In this document: piece by piece, positions 23,497 through 36,203 of the stretch
Layout: every line of letters begins with the position of its first letter
How positions within the stretch are numbered: position 1 is the stretch's first letter
Assembly (NCBI GenBank): GCA_009103225.1
Contig: RHPI01001517.1
Coordinates: forward strand, 260,505 to 324,504
DNA from: Chlorokybus atmophyticus
Lineage: Eukaryota > Plantae > Mesostigma and Chlorokybus algae
Direction: 5' to 3'
DNA length: 64,000 bases
The notes under the pieces: model-generated
Seen by the model: the letters and a program-made list of their open reading frames with translations, nothing else
Database searches by the model: none
What the model was told of the DNA's origin: nothing
Program-made: the position numbers and the translations under genes

Positions 23497-23607
23497 CGCG
23501 GCGACCTTGTGTGTATGTATCTGCTCCTCCCCGCTACCCCGTCCTGCTGATCCTCGTCCTCGTGCCCCTCCGCCGCCGCCTCGCCCGCCGCCGCCGCGGG
23601 AGGGGCA

Positions 23608-23616
23608 AAACCCTAA
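23608..23616 (+). promoter_or_regulatory. Telo-box-like motif AAACCCTAA upstream of RPL7
   Basis: Exact 9-mer about 112 nt upstream of the RPL7 ATG; telo-boxes are typical of plant ribosomal-protein genes. Confidence 0.55.
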
Positions 23617-25387
23617 AAGGACCCGCTGAGAGCAGCCGCCGCCGTCTACACTCACCTCACTACAGCTTCATGTACGCCGCTGTTAGACGCATCACAACTG
23701 ACTGTACTCCGCTGACAGAGGACGACTACGACTTTGTGCCAAAAGTCTGCTTGCTCACATGATCTTGCGGCAGTGTGCATAAGAAAGTGCGATGCAGGAT
23801 TCGTGTGATGTGCAGAGCTCCAATGGGGTGTGACTTATGATGGCTATGACAAATTCTTTTTGGTCCAGCGATAAACTTGACATGAAGTTCATGATCAGAT
23901 TGGACGCCGCATATGTCGCATAACTTACCAATCTTGACGCAGTTATTATAAATTTATTGATATCTTTAATAGCATTTAAACTTATGTTTAGTTGTTTCTG
24001 TACTTATTGCTACATGTGTGTTTATTACAACGGTATGTTATTATTGTTACACGTTAACTATGTTTGATGTTAAACAACTTTAACTTAGTTAGTTGATCTT
24101 ACATAATGTGCTGATCGTAATCTATAGAGAAAACGTAACTGACTTGTGGTGTCAATTGAGTGATTGCATTGCAGCGTTTTACGTGCCGTGTAGAGCGCAT
24201 GAACGCGCTCAACCAAAGAGGACAGGTAAGGAATGTGAAAGGCACAGCTGGGTGGTTGTTGGAAAGCCAAACCATTCGCTGCGCGCGGTTGTTGCTGGTC
24301 AGCTTGGTCCATGTCAACAACTCGAACTGGTTAAGACTCAAAGTTGGAGCTGAACACCAATAGGCAGTGTTTGTTGCATGATGTGTCGCGTTACATGACA
24401 CGATGTATCACCCCCTAAAGTAGTTGTCAGCGCTGCAGCTGCTCTTTAAGCAACCCCATTTTCGATCCGACGATGCATGTGGCCGTGAGGTACCCCAGGA
24501 TTGCATGTCTACCGGCAGGTTGCCTACCATGCATGCGACCAGCGGGGCAATACCCCCGGAGATACCGCGCCATCGCCCTTGTTTGGTGTTCCGTAGCGAC
24601 TTTCGCTGGGGTGTCGGTAGGTGCCATGAACTCGCAATCGTACAGCTCAGCTTCTCTATTATAAACTTTCATGTCCCCTCCAAACCTGCGGCCGCTTCTC
24701 ATTGCTCCAAGTCCATGTTAATGCAAGGGCTCTTAATAGACAGCTTGTTGAGCCAGAAGCCAGCCGCGTGCAGTGTTTAGTCTAGCGCGTAAAGACGTCG
24801 CACGTGGCTGGTTGTTGGTGCCTTCCATCTTCTTATTGGTCAGCGGGCGCTGCTGTCATGTCGAATACGCATATGCTGCTGGCGTGTGTGCGTGAGGTTG
24901 TAAAGGTAATTATTCTTGAATGGTTCCAAGCCCAGTGATAAAGTGGGTACAGGCTGCACACGGGTGCATCTGATTGTCGTTGCTACAATTGACAAACACT
25001 GCAAAAGCTTCCTCAAGCACGGTAATGTCAGGGTACTTTTACGTGGGAGTACTTGAGGTGCCATTCTGCCACGGGAGCCCCGAGGCAGTAAATGATTCAG
25101 CTTCTTCAACTGTCCCTTTGGACTCGGGCGAGACATCTCCGGGCGGGAGGTCTCATAGCCCTTGCTGGGTCTCATTGTCTACCTCATGCGCTACCTCAAC
25201 GTCATAATCACTGGCAAGCCCTATAAGTCTGAATGTTGCAAGTGTTGCAATAAGCAGCGTGCATGCGGGATGCTCCTCTCACATGCTGTCACAAGGCTGT
25301 CATTACTAATGCAGCGAGCGTGTGTTCATGCTATGTATCACACTCCATGCCTACTAAAAACCAGACAATACAATGCACACAGCAACA

Positions 25388-25790
25388 CTACACTGCTGCC
25401 GCCAGCCATGCGTCCTCCTCGGTTGTTTGCGCCGCAAACCTCCAGCCTGGTACCGCTGCCATGACCGCCGCTCTGCGCTCCAGCATCGTGAGGCCCTGCG
25501 CTCGTTGTGGCGCGCACGCCACGAACTGCCAGTACAGCGCGAGGAAGCCGGGCAGCAGCAGGTCATGTGCGGTGAGCGCACAATGCGCGCACATGTCGAT
25601 GATGTGGTGGAATGCCTGGCCAAGCGCCCCGTGCGTCTCCGCCCCCAACGGATGGAACGTGTCGCTGGCGGGGTGGTCGTGATACTTGCACCGCTTCGCC
25701 TGCTCTGCCGCGCGGGCGGCGCCACCCGGCTGCTCAGCGCACGCAGTGAACATCATGTCAAGGAGCATGCGTGTGTCGCGACCTGCTTTA
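25388..25790 (-). mobile_element. Fragment of a non-LTR retrotransposon restriction-like endonuclease (RLE) C-terminal domain
   Basis: LLDM...AARAAEQAKRCKY...TFHPLGAETHGALG matches the D..V / AE..K..KY / F.P...ET.G pattern of CRE/R2-like RLE tails. No RT is recognisable nearby. Confidence 0.55.
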
Positions 25791-26212
25791 GAGGCCATCA
25801 ACTCGACAAGTCTGCTGCGCATCTCGCCAAGTAGAATGGGCATGAAGCCCGTCTTCTCCCGGCTCCATCTCACATGCTGCTACAAGGCTTGGTAGAGGCA
25901 AGTTGTATCGCTTTACTGCCTCTGGGCGGACGGTTGTGGTGTGCGGCTACACATGGTAGCACCCACCAATTGAACACTTGCATGTACATGGTAGCATCTA
26001 CTGGTATCTCCACAACACTGCCTCACAAAGGGAATAACTGGCATATACAAATGTACAAAATCGAGCTTATCAGATACGGCTCACACACCAACAAAGCTAC
26101 ATCTAGTACAACTAGTACTCTTACACATGTGCATGACGGCGACAACCATAATCTCCAATTGAAAGAGAAAACACAAAACAACCAGCCAGCATGCGTATCA
26201 CACCAGCATGCA

Positions 26213-28990
26213 TCACACGTCGGCACCACATTCTTGCGCCAGCAGCTGCTCAGCTCCAATGCGTGCCACAAACTTGAGCTCGTAGAGTTCGGGCACGAGA
26301 GAGATGCCGTAAATCTCATTCAGGTCAACGGGCTTGCCATCTGGTGTGGTGATGTGGAAGCAGCGAATTACGTATGCGAGAAGGAGAAGGAGCTCGGTCT
26401 GCGATAACAACATCCCGGGACAGATGCGGCGACCCGTACCCCACGGAATGAACGCAGGGTTCAGGGCTTTATACTGCAAGAACGGACAGGTTGGTGTTGG
26501 TTGGTGTTACACACACCCACACACATGCGGGCACACATCCACACACGCTGATGCGCGCGCACTTGCACATACATACATACACAAAGACGCGTGTACGTGC
26601 ACAGATACATGTACGTGTGCACGCGCATACACACACTATCTTGTTAACCTGAGCTCCTTCATGCAAGAAGCGTTGTGGCTTGAACTTGTCCGGCTCATCC
26701 CAGTGCTTGGCACTCCTCATGAGGCTCCAGTTGTTCATCAGCAGCTGCGAGCCTTTCTTGATGGAGTGACCCATCACCTCGATGTCCTCGCTAGTGGCGT
26801 GCGGGATCCCAAAGGCATGGATTGGCTGCGAGAAAGGTTATTGAGTCAGTGACAATGCTGAGTACAGGTGGTTCTGATGGTAGTTGTGTTGTGTCATTCA
26901 TCCACCTTATAACGCAGTGCTTCTTTGATGAATGAATGCAGCAGAGGCATGCTGCCAAAGTCCTCGTCGTTTGGGAGTCGCTTCACTCCAACAACATTCT
27001 CAAGCTCTTCCTACGAACATGTTGGCGTTTGCAACGGTATGACACACAGACAGAGAGTCACAGCATACAAGAACACTTCACCTGCAGACTGCGCTGCGTG
27101 TCGGGGTAGCTTGCCAGCAGAGGTAAGCAATAGCGCAAGGTTGTGCTCGTTGTGTCCGTCCCGGCGATGATAACAGCGCTGCACAGCAGCATTACTTGCT
27201 CATCTGTCAAGCGCTCCTCGTCCTGAAACGAACATCATGTGCTGCGCATACGCGTGCATACATACATGGACGTGCGCTCACACGCACACGCACGCACAGA
27301 TACACACATGTGGGCAGAGCAGGTATATGGCAGCATGCATGCTGAATTGCGCGCGCGCGCATGTGCGTATGTCATGCACGCACGTGCACACGCACACATG
27401 TGCCTGATACCTGGACACTTAGCAGATGTTCTGCAAAGGTGGTGACTGGGCTGCCTTTGGTAAACCTCTTCTTGGTGGAATCGATATTGTCACTGACAAT
27501 CTGTCAACAAACGCACCCCACTATGCAGTCGCATGAGGCCAAACAAGAAAAGGTACAATGACAGACCAACATACTGGGGTGTAGCTCACGTTCTCAAATT
27601 TACTCTTCCAAACGGCGAGCTCGCGCAGCTTTTTGTTGGGAAGGAAAGCCAGCCATGGAATGTAGTCAGCAAGACCTTATAAGATAAGAGAATGCAAGGG
27701 TCTGGAACAGATAAGAGAATGGCATGCTAACAGCAAAGCACACGTTATGAGTACACAATACACAGGCTACACAACAACAACAACAACAACAGCACCTGTT
27801 GCGCTCGCGATCCCCTCGAATATGTGTTCGGTGGCGGACGACATGTCCAGAAACTCCTGATCCGTCTTCTCATGACTGGCAGCAAGCAACAACAACTGCT
27901 GTGAGCATGTGCGTTCATCACAGCAACCTGCGTCTCTCTCACTATCTACGCACATGCGCACGCGCGCACACACACGCACTCTCACCGCCGGCCGAAGATG
28001 AAACTCCACATCACATTGGATGTCGCCAGCGTGCACTCAAGCGCGGGGTTCACCATATCACCATTCCTCGAACCCTATGTACGCACGCACGCACGCATAC
28101 AACCAGCATACTACGTGTATCTCCCACTCCAGCTCAATCACAACACACATCCCACCTCGAGGATGCGCTGCGCAAGTTGACGCGCTTCGGTCTTGATTCT
28201 CGCCTCAGACCGCTGAAGCTGCTTCTTTGACAACAGATGCATGTGCATGATGCGGCGGAGCTGCTTCCAGTACTCGCCGTACTCGGCCATGCCCAAACCC
28301 AGGCCACCGTTGGTTATCAAGTCCTGTGGGGTGGCATCAAGATAAGAGAGAGACACGCACACGCACACGCACGAGCGCACGCATGCATGCACAGATGCAT
28401 GCATGCATGCACAGATGCACACAGACGCCTCTGTCACTCAGTCCTTCACTGCGTGTGACTCACTGTCTGTCATCCCAAACACCTTTCCAATCACAACAAC
28501 AGCAGACAAAACTCCAACCACGAGTGTGCAAAATGCTCTCCTCTCTCTTGCCATTGCTGCCGTCATTGGTCTGGGTCTCGTGGTGGTGACGGCGGCGTGC
28601 TTGTTGAAGATCTCCTCGACGGCTTCGGGGTCGCTCACCACCACCGTGGGGATGGCGCCGAACCTCAGCTGCACCAGGGGGCCGTACTGTCCGACCCACT
28701 CCTCCACCACCCTGTGCGGCGCCTTACCCAGCTGCAGCAGGAGGAGCAGGTGAACATCCTCATGCGTGACAAGGATAGCCGCAGGGATATGTAGCGCTGC
28801 TCACCAGGTGGAGGTGGCCCAGGACAGGGAGGCCGGGGGGGCCAGGGGGCGGCGGCAGCTGCTTACACCATGAGGAGGAGGAGGAGGAGGAGGAGGAGGT
28901 AGCGTTGCTCCTCCTCCTGCGCAACAACAGCCAGGAGGTGGCGGCGAGGAGAATCAGGCCGTAGAGGAGCTGCACGAGGAGGAGGTCCAT
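26213..28990 (-). CDS. Cytochrome P450 (multi-exon, N-terminal membrane anchor)
   Basis: Anchor MDLLLVQLLYGLILLAATSWLLL, proline hinge PPGPPGLPVLGHLHL, C-helix WKQLRR, I-helix AGTDTTSTTL, K-helix EALR, PERF-like KFKPQRF, heme motif PWGTGRRICPG (26414-26450). Some middle exon boundaries are approximate. Confidence 0.95.
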
Positions 28991-29899
28991 GACGCCGCCG
29001 CCGCTCACACAGGAGACAGAGGAGTGCTTACTCACCAGACCTGTGCGTGTGAATACTGTGTGTGAATGTCATGATCTATGTCCTCCTCCTCCTCCTCCTC
29101 AGCAGCAGCAGCAGCGTCACGGAGGCCGCCGTAGCTGGTGAAGTAGCTGCGTGAGGTCGACAAGCAGGAGGAGGAGAACCACGCCGCCTGCCTGGGACGC
29201 AGCACGCGTACGGTGTACATGTAACACGTACCATCACGGACACCAACGTACCGTACGTGCATCACCGACACAAGTTGTTTGAGTCGACATGTTGTGTTCA
29301 GACAGACATGTTGGTGGACAGGCGGTACGGCTTCCATGTTGTCTACTCGCTGATAAAGTATATTGCTTTGTGTTAGCGGCATGTGGTGTGTGTCACAAAT
29401 CGACGCTCGCTGAGTGAACTAAGTATACATACATATGCGACATAAGTTTTGCATGTTATAAGCGCCACGCAAGCGTCTATGAGTCATAGTCTCTTGTGCG
29501 TGGCGCTCATGTCTGAATTGATGCAGATGCAAGCTCCCACGCCCGCTTTGTGTTATGCGAGTCCCTGCATGTGTGATACAAGATGACGTTTGATCAATGA
29601 AGCGTCAACCGAGGCCTGCAAGTGTAGCGGTCAAGCGTATACGATATGCGTGTTGGGTTCCACCACAACTTGCGTGCTCGGGCTCAACATCAGCACGAAC
29701 ATGGCATGGCGACCGCGAGTGCCATAACAAGCTATCAATGTGAAAGAGCAACTGCACACTCGCTGCTGCGAGCGCCACACTTCCATGCACACCGTATGTA
29801 CACGAGTACTTGTGATTGGTCAGTTGATAACCCGTCATCATAGTCTCCTTGCGGGCGGCTTACGCGAGGCAGCAGCTACAATGTCATTGTGATGCGCAC

Positions 29900-32800
29900 T
29901 GCCACCGCCACCGCCATTGCCGGCCACGCCGTGCTTGGCGGCGAGACTCACCCCGCTGATGCTCGTAGACAACTCCACGGTCGCATCCACCGGAGCCAAC
30001 TCCTACGCATGTGCGCGTGTGTGCAACAACAACATAACGACAATAACAACTGTGTTGCTGTGCTCTCACGTGTGTTGGGAGTCTCATCGAGAGTGGTAGG
30101 AAGCTCGTTGTTGCATTCGTGGCGTTGTTGGCTGGTGATGCCCCCGACGTCTGCTGCATCATTTGCATCTGCTGCTGTTGCTTTCGCCCTCCCGTGCGCA
30201 CGCGTTCGAGCAGCCACGCCTTCTGCTGCGCAAGCCACTGGCGCTCGTACTCCTCCTCATCCACCTCATCCTCACCCTCACCCTCACCCGCTTCTCCATC
30301 TCCCTCCTCTTGCGATTGTGTACCCGCCGCGGAAGCGCTCGGCTCGGGATTGGTGGTGGTGGTGGTGATGGTGTGGGTGTCGGGGGAGGATGTTGTGGGT
30401 GAGAGGTACACGGGCGCGGCGTGGGCGAATGTGGCAGGGTCGTCAATGTTCCAACCAATCTGCAAGAGTATACAACAATTGTAAGTACGTTTGCGTGTGT
30501 GTCCGCACACGCATGCGCGCAGGCACACGTGTATGCATGCAGTCGTGTGTGCATGCGTGTGTATACGCGTGTACGTGCGTGTGCGTGTGCGTGCGTTGGT
30601 TGTATGCACCCACCTTTGAGCCGAAGACGCCAACAAGGCGGCCCACATCTGTCCATAGTCGGCTGCGACGGGCAAACGCGTGGGGGGCAATGAGACGGTG
30701 CAGCAAGTGAAATGCGTATGTGCATACGTACCAGGTGCTGTCCACAGATGCGGTGAGCAGCATGCGCGAGCCCTCCACCCACTCCATATGCAACACCGCA
30801 CCCCAATGCGCCTGCACATCATCACCCCACAACAGCAAGTACTTGATTAGAAACATATCACACACGGGCTAGCATGCGCATGCACACAGCCACGCCCACG
30901 CCCACGCGCACGCACGCACGCACGCACATCCCCACCTTCCACGCAAACTCCAGCACCATCGCCGACCCAGACGCCCCCATCCCCGTCGCCGCCCCTCTCA
31001 CTCCCGCCCTGGGCGTTGACGCCGTTGACCCCACCCCCACCACACTCTTGTCCACCCTCCACGCGCGCACGACCCCATCCGTCCCCGCTGTATACACCCT
31101 CTCATTGGTCTCCCCGTCCGCGCACGCGCACGCGAGCGCATCGAGCGCATCTTCAGCCACAACCACACCCACTTCGTGCACATCAGGAGACAACCGATAC
31201 AGATGCAGAGATGCATCAGAGGTGCACGCGAGCAAACACGGGTTGGGAAGCTTCGAGAGTGATACGAGTGCAACCGCGTGACCCTTGTTGTTGTTGTTGT
31301 CGCGCACGACGTGTTTGAGTTGTCCATCCAACTTCCATAGTAGTAATGCTCCGTCGTACGAGGCTGTTGCGAGTAGCGGTTGTGTTTGTTGTTGTCCCGA
31401 TGCGTGGCAGCAGCACATGGCGATGACGTCGTCGCGGTGTGCTGATAAAGTGTGGTGGGGGAGGTAGGCGCCCGCTTCTTCCAACATGTGGGGGGAGGGG
31501 GAGGAGGTGTTATTGTTGCTGTTGAAGCTGGCGGAAGAGGAGGAGCGGCCGTCGTCGCCGAGGGCGGAAGAGGCGTCGTCGCCGCCCGCACCGTCGTGCC
31601 AGATGCACACCTGAGGAGGAGGGGAGGAATGTGGTGCATGTGTGCATGCGTGTGGGCGTGTGTGCACGTACATGGAGATGCAATCAAGTGGGTACTGACA
31701 GTGATACAACCGTGCAAGTATGCATGCCAGGCACGAGTATGCACATCTTCATAAGCCCACATGCACACACGAACACACACGCGCACGTGCACATCTAAAC
31801 GCACACGCACACGCACGCAGGTACTGCGCACACATGCACACACCCACACACATGCGCGCTTGCGCGCGCACAAGCACACGCGCACATGCGTGCGTGCGCC
31901 CGTGCACGTGCATCCGCGTGCATGCGTGTGTATGTGCGTGCGCCCGAGCGCACCAGAATAACAACGCAGACCACTCAAGACTGGACTCGACTCGCTCCCT
32001 ACCTTCCTGTTCCACCCTCCCGCCGCGAACACCACCGCCCCCCCTCCGCTCGCCCCCGACCCCCCCGCCCTCACCGCCGCCACGCACGTCACCTCCGTCC
32101 CCCCCATCCCCGCGAATTTCGCCAGACACGCCCCGTTGTTGAAGTTCCATAAGCGTAGAGCCCCCTCCTGCGTGGCGGCCAGGAGGCGGCGGCCCGTCGG
32201 GTCGAAACACATCGCGGAGAGGTGGGAGGAGGAGGGTTTGGTTGTGGTTGTGGAGGAGGAGGAGGAGGTGGAGGTGGAGGTGGAGAAGGCGAAGACGCAG
32301 TCGCCGGATTCGACGGACCAGACGGACACGGAGCCGTCGCAGGCGCCCGTCACGACCTGGATGTGAAGTGGGTTGATGTTTGGTGTGCAAGTCCACCCTG
32401 CGTTGCACTCGCGCAAAAGCATGCTCACACGCACATGTGCATGGGAAACACGTGCACGTAAAACACGCACACGCACACGCACACGCACACGCACAGGCAC
32501 ACGCACACGCGCACAAACACGCACACGCATGGACGCATCTGCATGCGCACGCATGCACACGCACACGCACACGCACATACACACACTCCTCACCTGTCTG
32601 AACGCGCTGTTGTATATCGCCGCCACGAGCGCGCTATTCTCCCTCCTCTCCGCATCCGTATCGTTGAAATGCAGCAGCGCCGATGCCGACGACAACGACG
32701 ACGTTGATGACGACGACGAAGACGTGGCCGTGGTCATCCCCGCCCATATCTCCAACCTCTCTCCTGCCGCCAGCACCAACGCCCTCCTCTCCACATCAAC

Positions 32801-35097
32801 AGCTAGTGAACTAATCTCACCACTACTATTCCCACCTATTGTCTGAACACACCTGTTGTTCCTCACATCCCACAGCTTCACCACTCCATCGGCCGATAGT
32901 GAAGCTAGTTGTGACTCGGGTTCGATCACACGTACACATAATACCGATGAAGAGTGGCCCGACAGCGAGCCAACACTTCTACCCGTAAAAGGGTTCCATA
33001 GTTGGACTGATCGACCCAACCCACACGACGCGATGAAGTTGTACGCGCGACAGAAGTCGGCGCAATACACGGCTCCACTTGTGGCACTCTTCACACCCCA
33101 TTTGGACCTTCTTCTCTCTAAATCAGCGAGTCTCAAGTAGCCATCCAAACCACATGTCAACAAGCTGTTGGAATGTGCCAAGTGGGACACGTGTGTGACC
33201 CAGTCTGTGTGGCATTTCCACGCCGGGTTGGGTATCATGCCGGGGAGTCTCTTCACACCCACTTCGACTGTGGCCACGTTGTTGGAGTTCATGTTCATGC
33301 TGCTGGTGTGTGTGGTGATATTGGTGTTGGGTTGAGTTGTGTCGGACACTGCGGGTACGCTGTCGTTACCGGCGGGTCCACCCCACGAGTCGGCCAACGA
33401 GAAGGTGTGCACACACCCAACATCATCTCCATACAGCAACAAATCCTTATCCGATAGACGCACGTACGTCCCCGCGGTAGGCACACTATCCAACCCAACA
33501 ACTCTCGCAAGCAAATCCAATGAGGCTCTCCCCGTGTCATAGAAAGCCACACTCCTGTCTGCTCCAAAGGCCGCCAAAGGTTGTTCACACATCACAGCCA
33601 CATCTGTGACCCACGTGCCCGCGCCACGTGGTTGAGAGCGACCTTCTATCAACGCCCATGACGATGAGGAAGAGGAGGAGAAGGAGGAGGAGGAGGAGGA
33701 GGAGGAGGAGGAGGAGTGTGACCAAGATGATGAGGCGTGTAAGGCACTTTGCCATACACGCACGGAGCCGTCACGCCCCGCTGATACGTATGCGTCGAGG
33801 AGTGGGAGAACAGCTATTCTCTCAACTGTGGCGTCTTCACCCCTTAACCCAACATTGTTGTTGATGTTGTTGCTGTTGTATCTCCGACCGAGATTGAAGC
33901 CACTCCCACTCCCAGTCTCTGATGCAGCGGGGATACCCCTTGCAAGCAACCTATCCGTGACAGTCGTCTTAACAAACGGCACACTCGTACTCGCCATTGT
34001 TGTTGTCGTGGTTGTGCTATTGCCGCTCCCTCCCCCCTTCTTGTGTCCACCCCCTTTGTTGTTGTGCCCTCCCTTCGACACACCACCACCATTCTCACTC
34101 CTCCCCACAATCCTGACGTACTGCGTGGCTTCTCCTCCCGTCTCATCCGACCTCGCCTGTTGCTCCAGCAGTATATGATTCGTGAACTCATCCCAGTCCA
34201 CCGTCCCATCGCTGTTGGCATCAATCTTCATGAACAGATGCGCCAGTTGCACATCATCGGATGATGAGTAGGCATGCCCACCTCCGCCTTGCACACTCCT
34301 GAAGGCTTTGAGGAACTCTTCTTGATCTAAAGCACCGCTGCCGTCTGTATCGGCTTCATCAAAGGCTCGTTTCAAGGCCATGAGGGTGGCTAGGTTGAAA
34401 CCCTTTGAGAGGGAGGCCTTGCGGGGGGCAGAGGAGGAGGAGGAGGAGGAGGAGGAGGAGGTAGGGGGTATGGTGGAGGACATGGAGGAGGAGCGAGCGA
34501 GGGAGGAGGTCGTGCTTGTTTGGGGTTGCTTGTGGGGGGAGGAGGTGGTGTTGTTGTCGTCGTGGCGTTTGGGGTCGCCCTCGGCGAGCTGGGGGAGGGA
34601 GGGACAGGAGATGTGGGTGGGGGTGGGGGTGCGTGTGGGTGCGTGTGGGTGCGAGGGGTGGCAACCCTGACTTTGTTCAATGCATATGTAACAAGTGTAA
34701 TGCTTGTGTGCGATGCAGAGTGTCCACAACAGGTGATCTAGCAGAGGTTTCTTTCTTTTTGTCACTGCAGTAGCGTGGGTTGTTGTGGATGTGGATGAGA
34801 TGGGTTTTGTCGTTGGTGGTGTAGCAGTGGTAGCAGTAGTACTATCACTGCTGTGTATATGAGGGTGTTTCAATCATTGATGTCCTTGTTGATGTGTTGT
34901 TTTCTCGTGCAACAAGCATAGGCAGGCAACGCTATCATAAAAGCAAACACATGACTTCAATTACACAGACCAGGACACACGCGCACACTACACGAGCGGC
35001 CACTCACGATCATGAGTGAAGATCTCCGGTGTCCCCTCCTGATAGGTTCCGCTGCCGCTGCCGCAGCGGCGGCCGCCGCCGCTGCCGCCGCCGCCAT
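29900..35097 (-). CDS. EF-hand + WD40 repeat protein, WDR49/CFAP337/WDY-like (multi-exon; 3' end approximate)
   Basis: Exon 1 MAAAA...RRSSLMI|GTGAGT. Paired EF-hands FDEADTDGSGALDQEEF and LFMKIDANSDGTVDWDEF. Many WD repeats (CHTDWVTHVSHL..LLTCGLDGYLRL, GHSSSVLCV..LASLSADGVVKLWD, AHRDDVIAM..LATASYDGALLLW). Confidence 0.85.
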
Positions 35098-35229
35098 CGC
35101 CGCCGCCCTCTCCCCTTCAAGCTCTCCCTCTATGAGAATATACCTTTCCCACTCACGTGACACATGCACCCGTTATAAGCAAAACCAACAGGACTTGATT
35201 TACTATTGTTATCATTATTCCTGTTGTTG

Positions 35230-36124
35230 ATGGCGGCGGCGGGGTCCGGGGTGTCGCCGGCGCTGGTGTCGGCGGTGTCCGTGACGGGGTGTCTGCTGGC
35301 CCTGGCGCTGGCAGACTGGGGATTGCTGGCGGGAAGCGCCGATAGGCCGCGAGCGCTACCTTACGGGTGGCGCATGGCCTGCCTGGTCAGTTATTAAACA
35401 GTTTACACCAAGTGTGCATGAGTGGTAGTGTGGAGACAGAATAGTCAGTGTGTATTGTTGCTATTGATGCTGTTGTTGTTGTTGTTGTTGTGTGCTTGAT
35501 TGGTTGTGAACTTCACTCTTGCACGCATAGTGCACTGATGCCGATGAATGCGACTGTGGCTAACTTGCTTGGACAAATGGCATTGGCACCAGTCAGCCAG
35601 CGTCAGCAGCATTGACTGAAGGGGACTGATTACACTTACAATAGGAAAATTTATGCGGCAATAAAGTTCTGTTGTTGTTACTGCTGAGTTACTTACAAGT
35701 TTTGCTCTTTTTGATACACAGCTGGGCCACAGCGCTGCGTTTTTCGTGTGTCTTGTTGGCTTCATCGGCGCCACCGAAGCACGCCATCCCGCAGCCATGA
35801 AACTCTCCCTAATCACTCTCGGTGCGTCCTCTCTCAATGACACACACGCTTGTGTGCGCACGCGCAGGCACGCGCGCTCGCAGGTGCATGTACGCATGCA
35901 CACGCGCGCTCAAGTCTGATCGGTATGCACACATGCGCGAGGGCATGCATGCGCGCGCATATCCATACGCACACGCACAGGCACACGCACACGCACACGC
36001 ACTGGTAGTTGGTGTCATGACACGCCTGTGTGCAGGCGGTAACATGGCCGGCTACCTCCTGCGCGTGTCTCACTCGCTGGTGTACCTCGACTACGAACCC
36101 GAGCGCTTCCGCCCCGCCGCATAA
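35230..36124 (+). CDS. Small hypothetical membrane protein (about 115 aa, 3 predicted exons)
   Basis: MAAAGSG...LLALALADWGLL...WRMACL|LGHSAAFFVCLVGFIGATEARHPAAMKLSLITLG|GNMAGYLLRVSHSLVYLDYEPERFRPAA*. Exons are GC-rich with GT/AG junctions that join in frame. No family recognised. Confidence 0.6.
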
Positions 36125-36203
36125 CAACACTGTACATACACTTCCCTCCCGACCCAACACTCTGTACATACAATATATAACACTACTACTACATACCAAC
36201 ACA

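Noticed and set aside
30998-34873. 1291-aa ORF as a single-exon protein
   Set aside because: It reads through stop-free CA/TG-rich introns (VCMCVCV, HTHAH tracts) that have clear GT/AG boundaries; the real gene is spliced.
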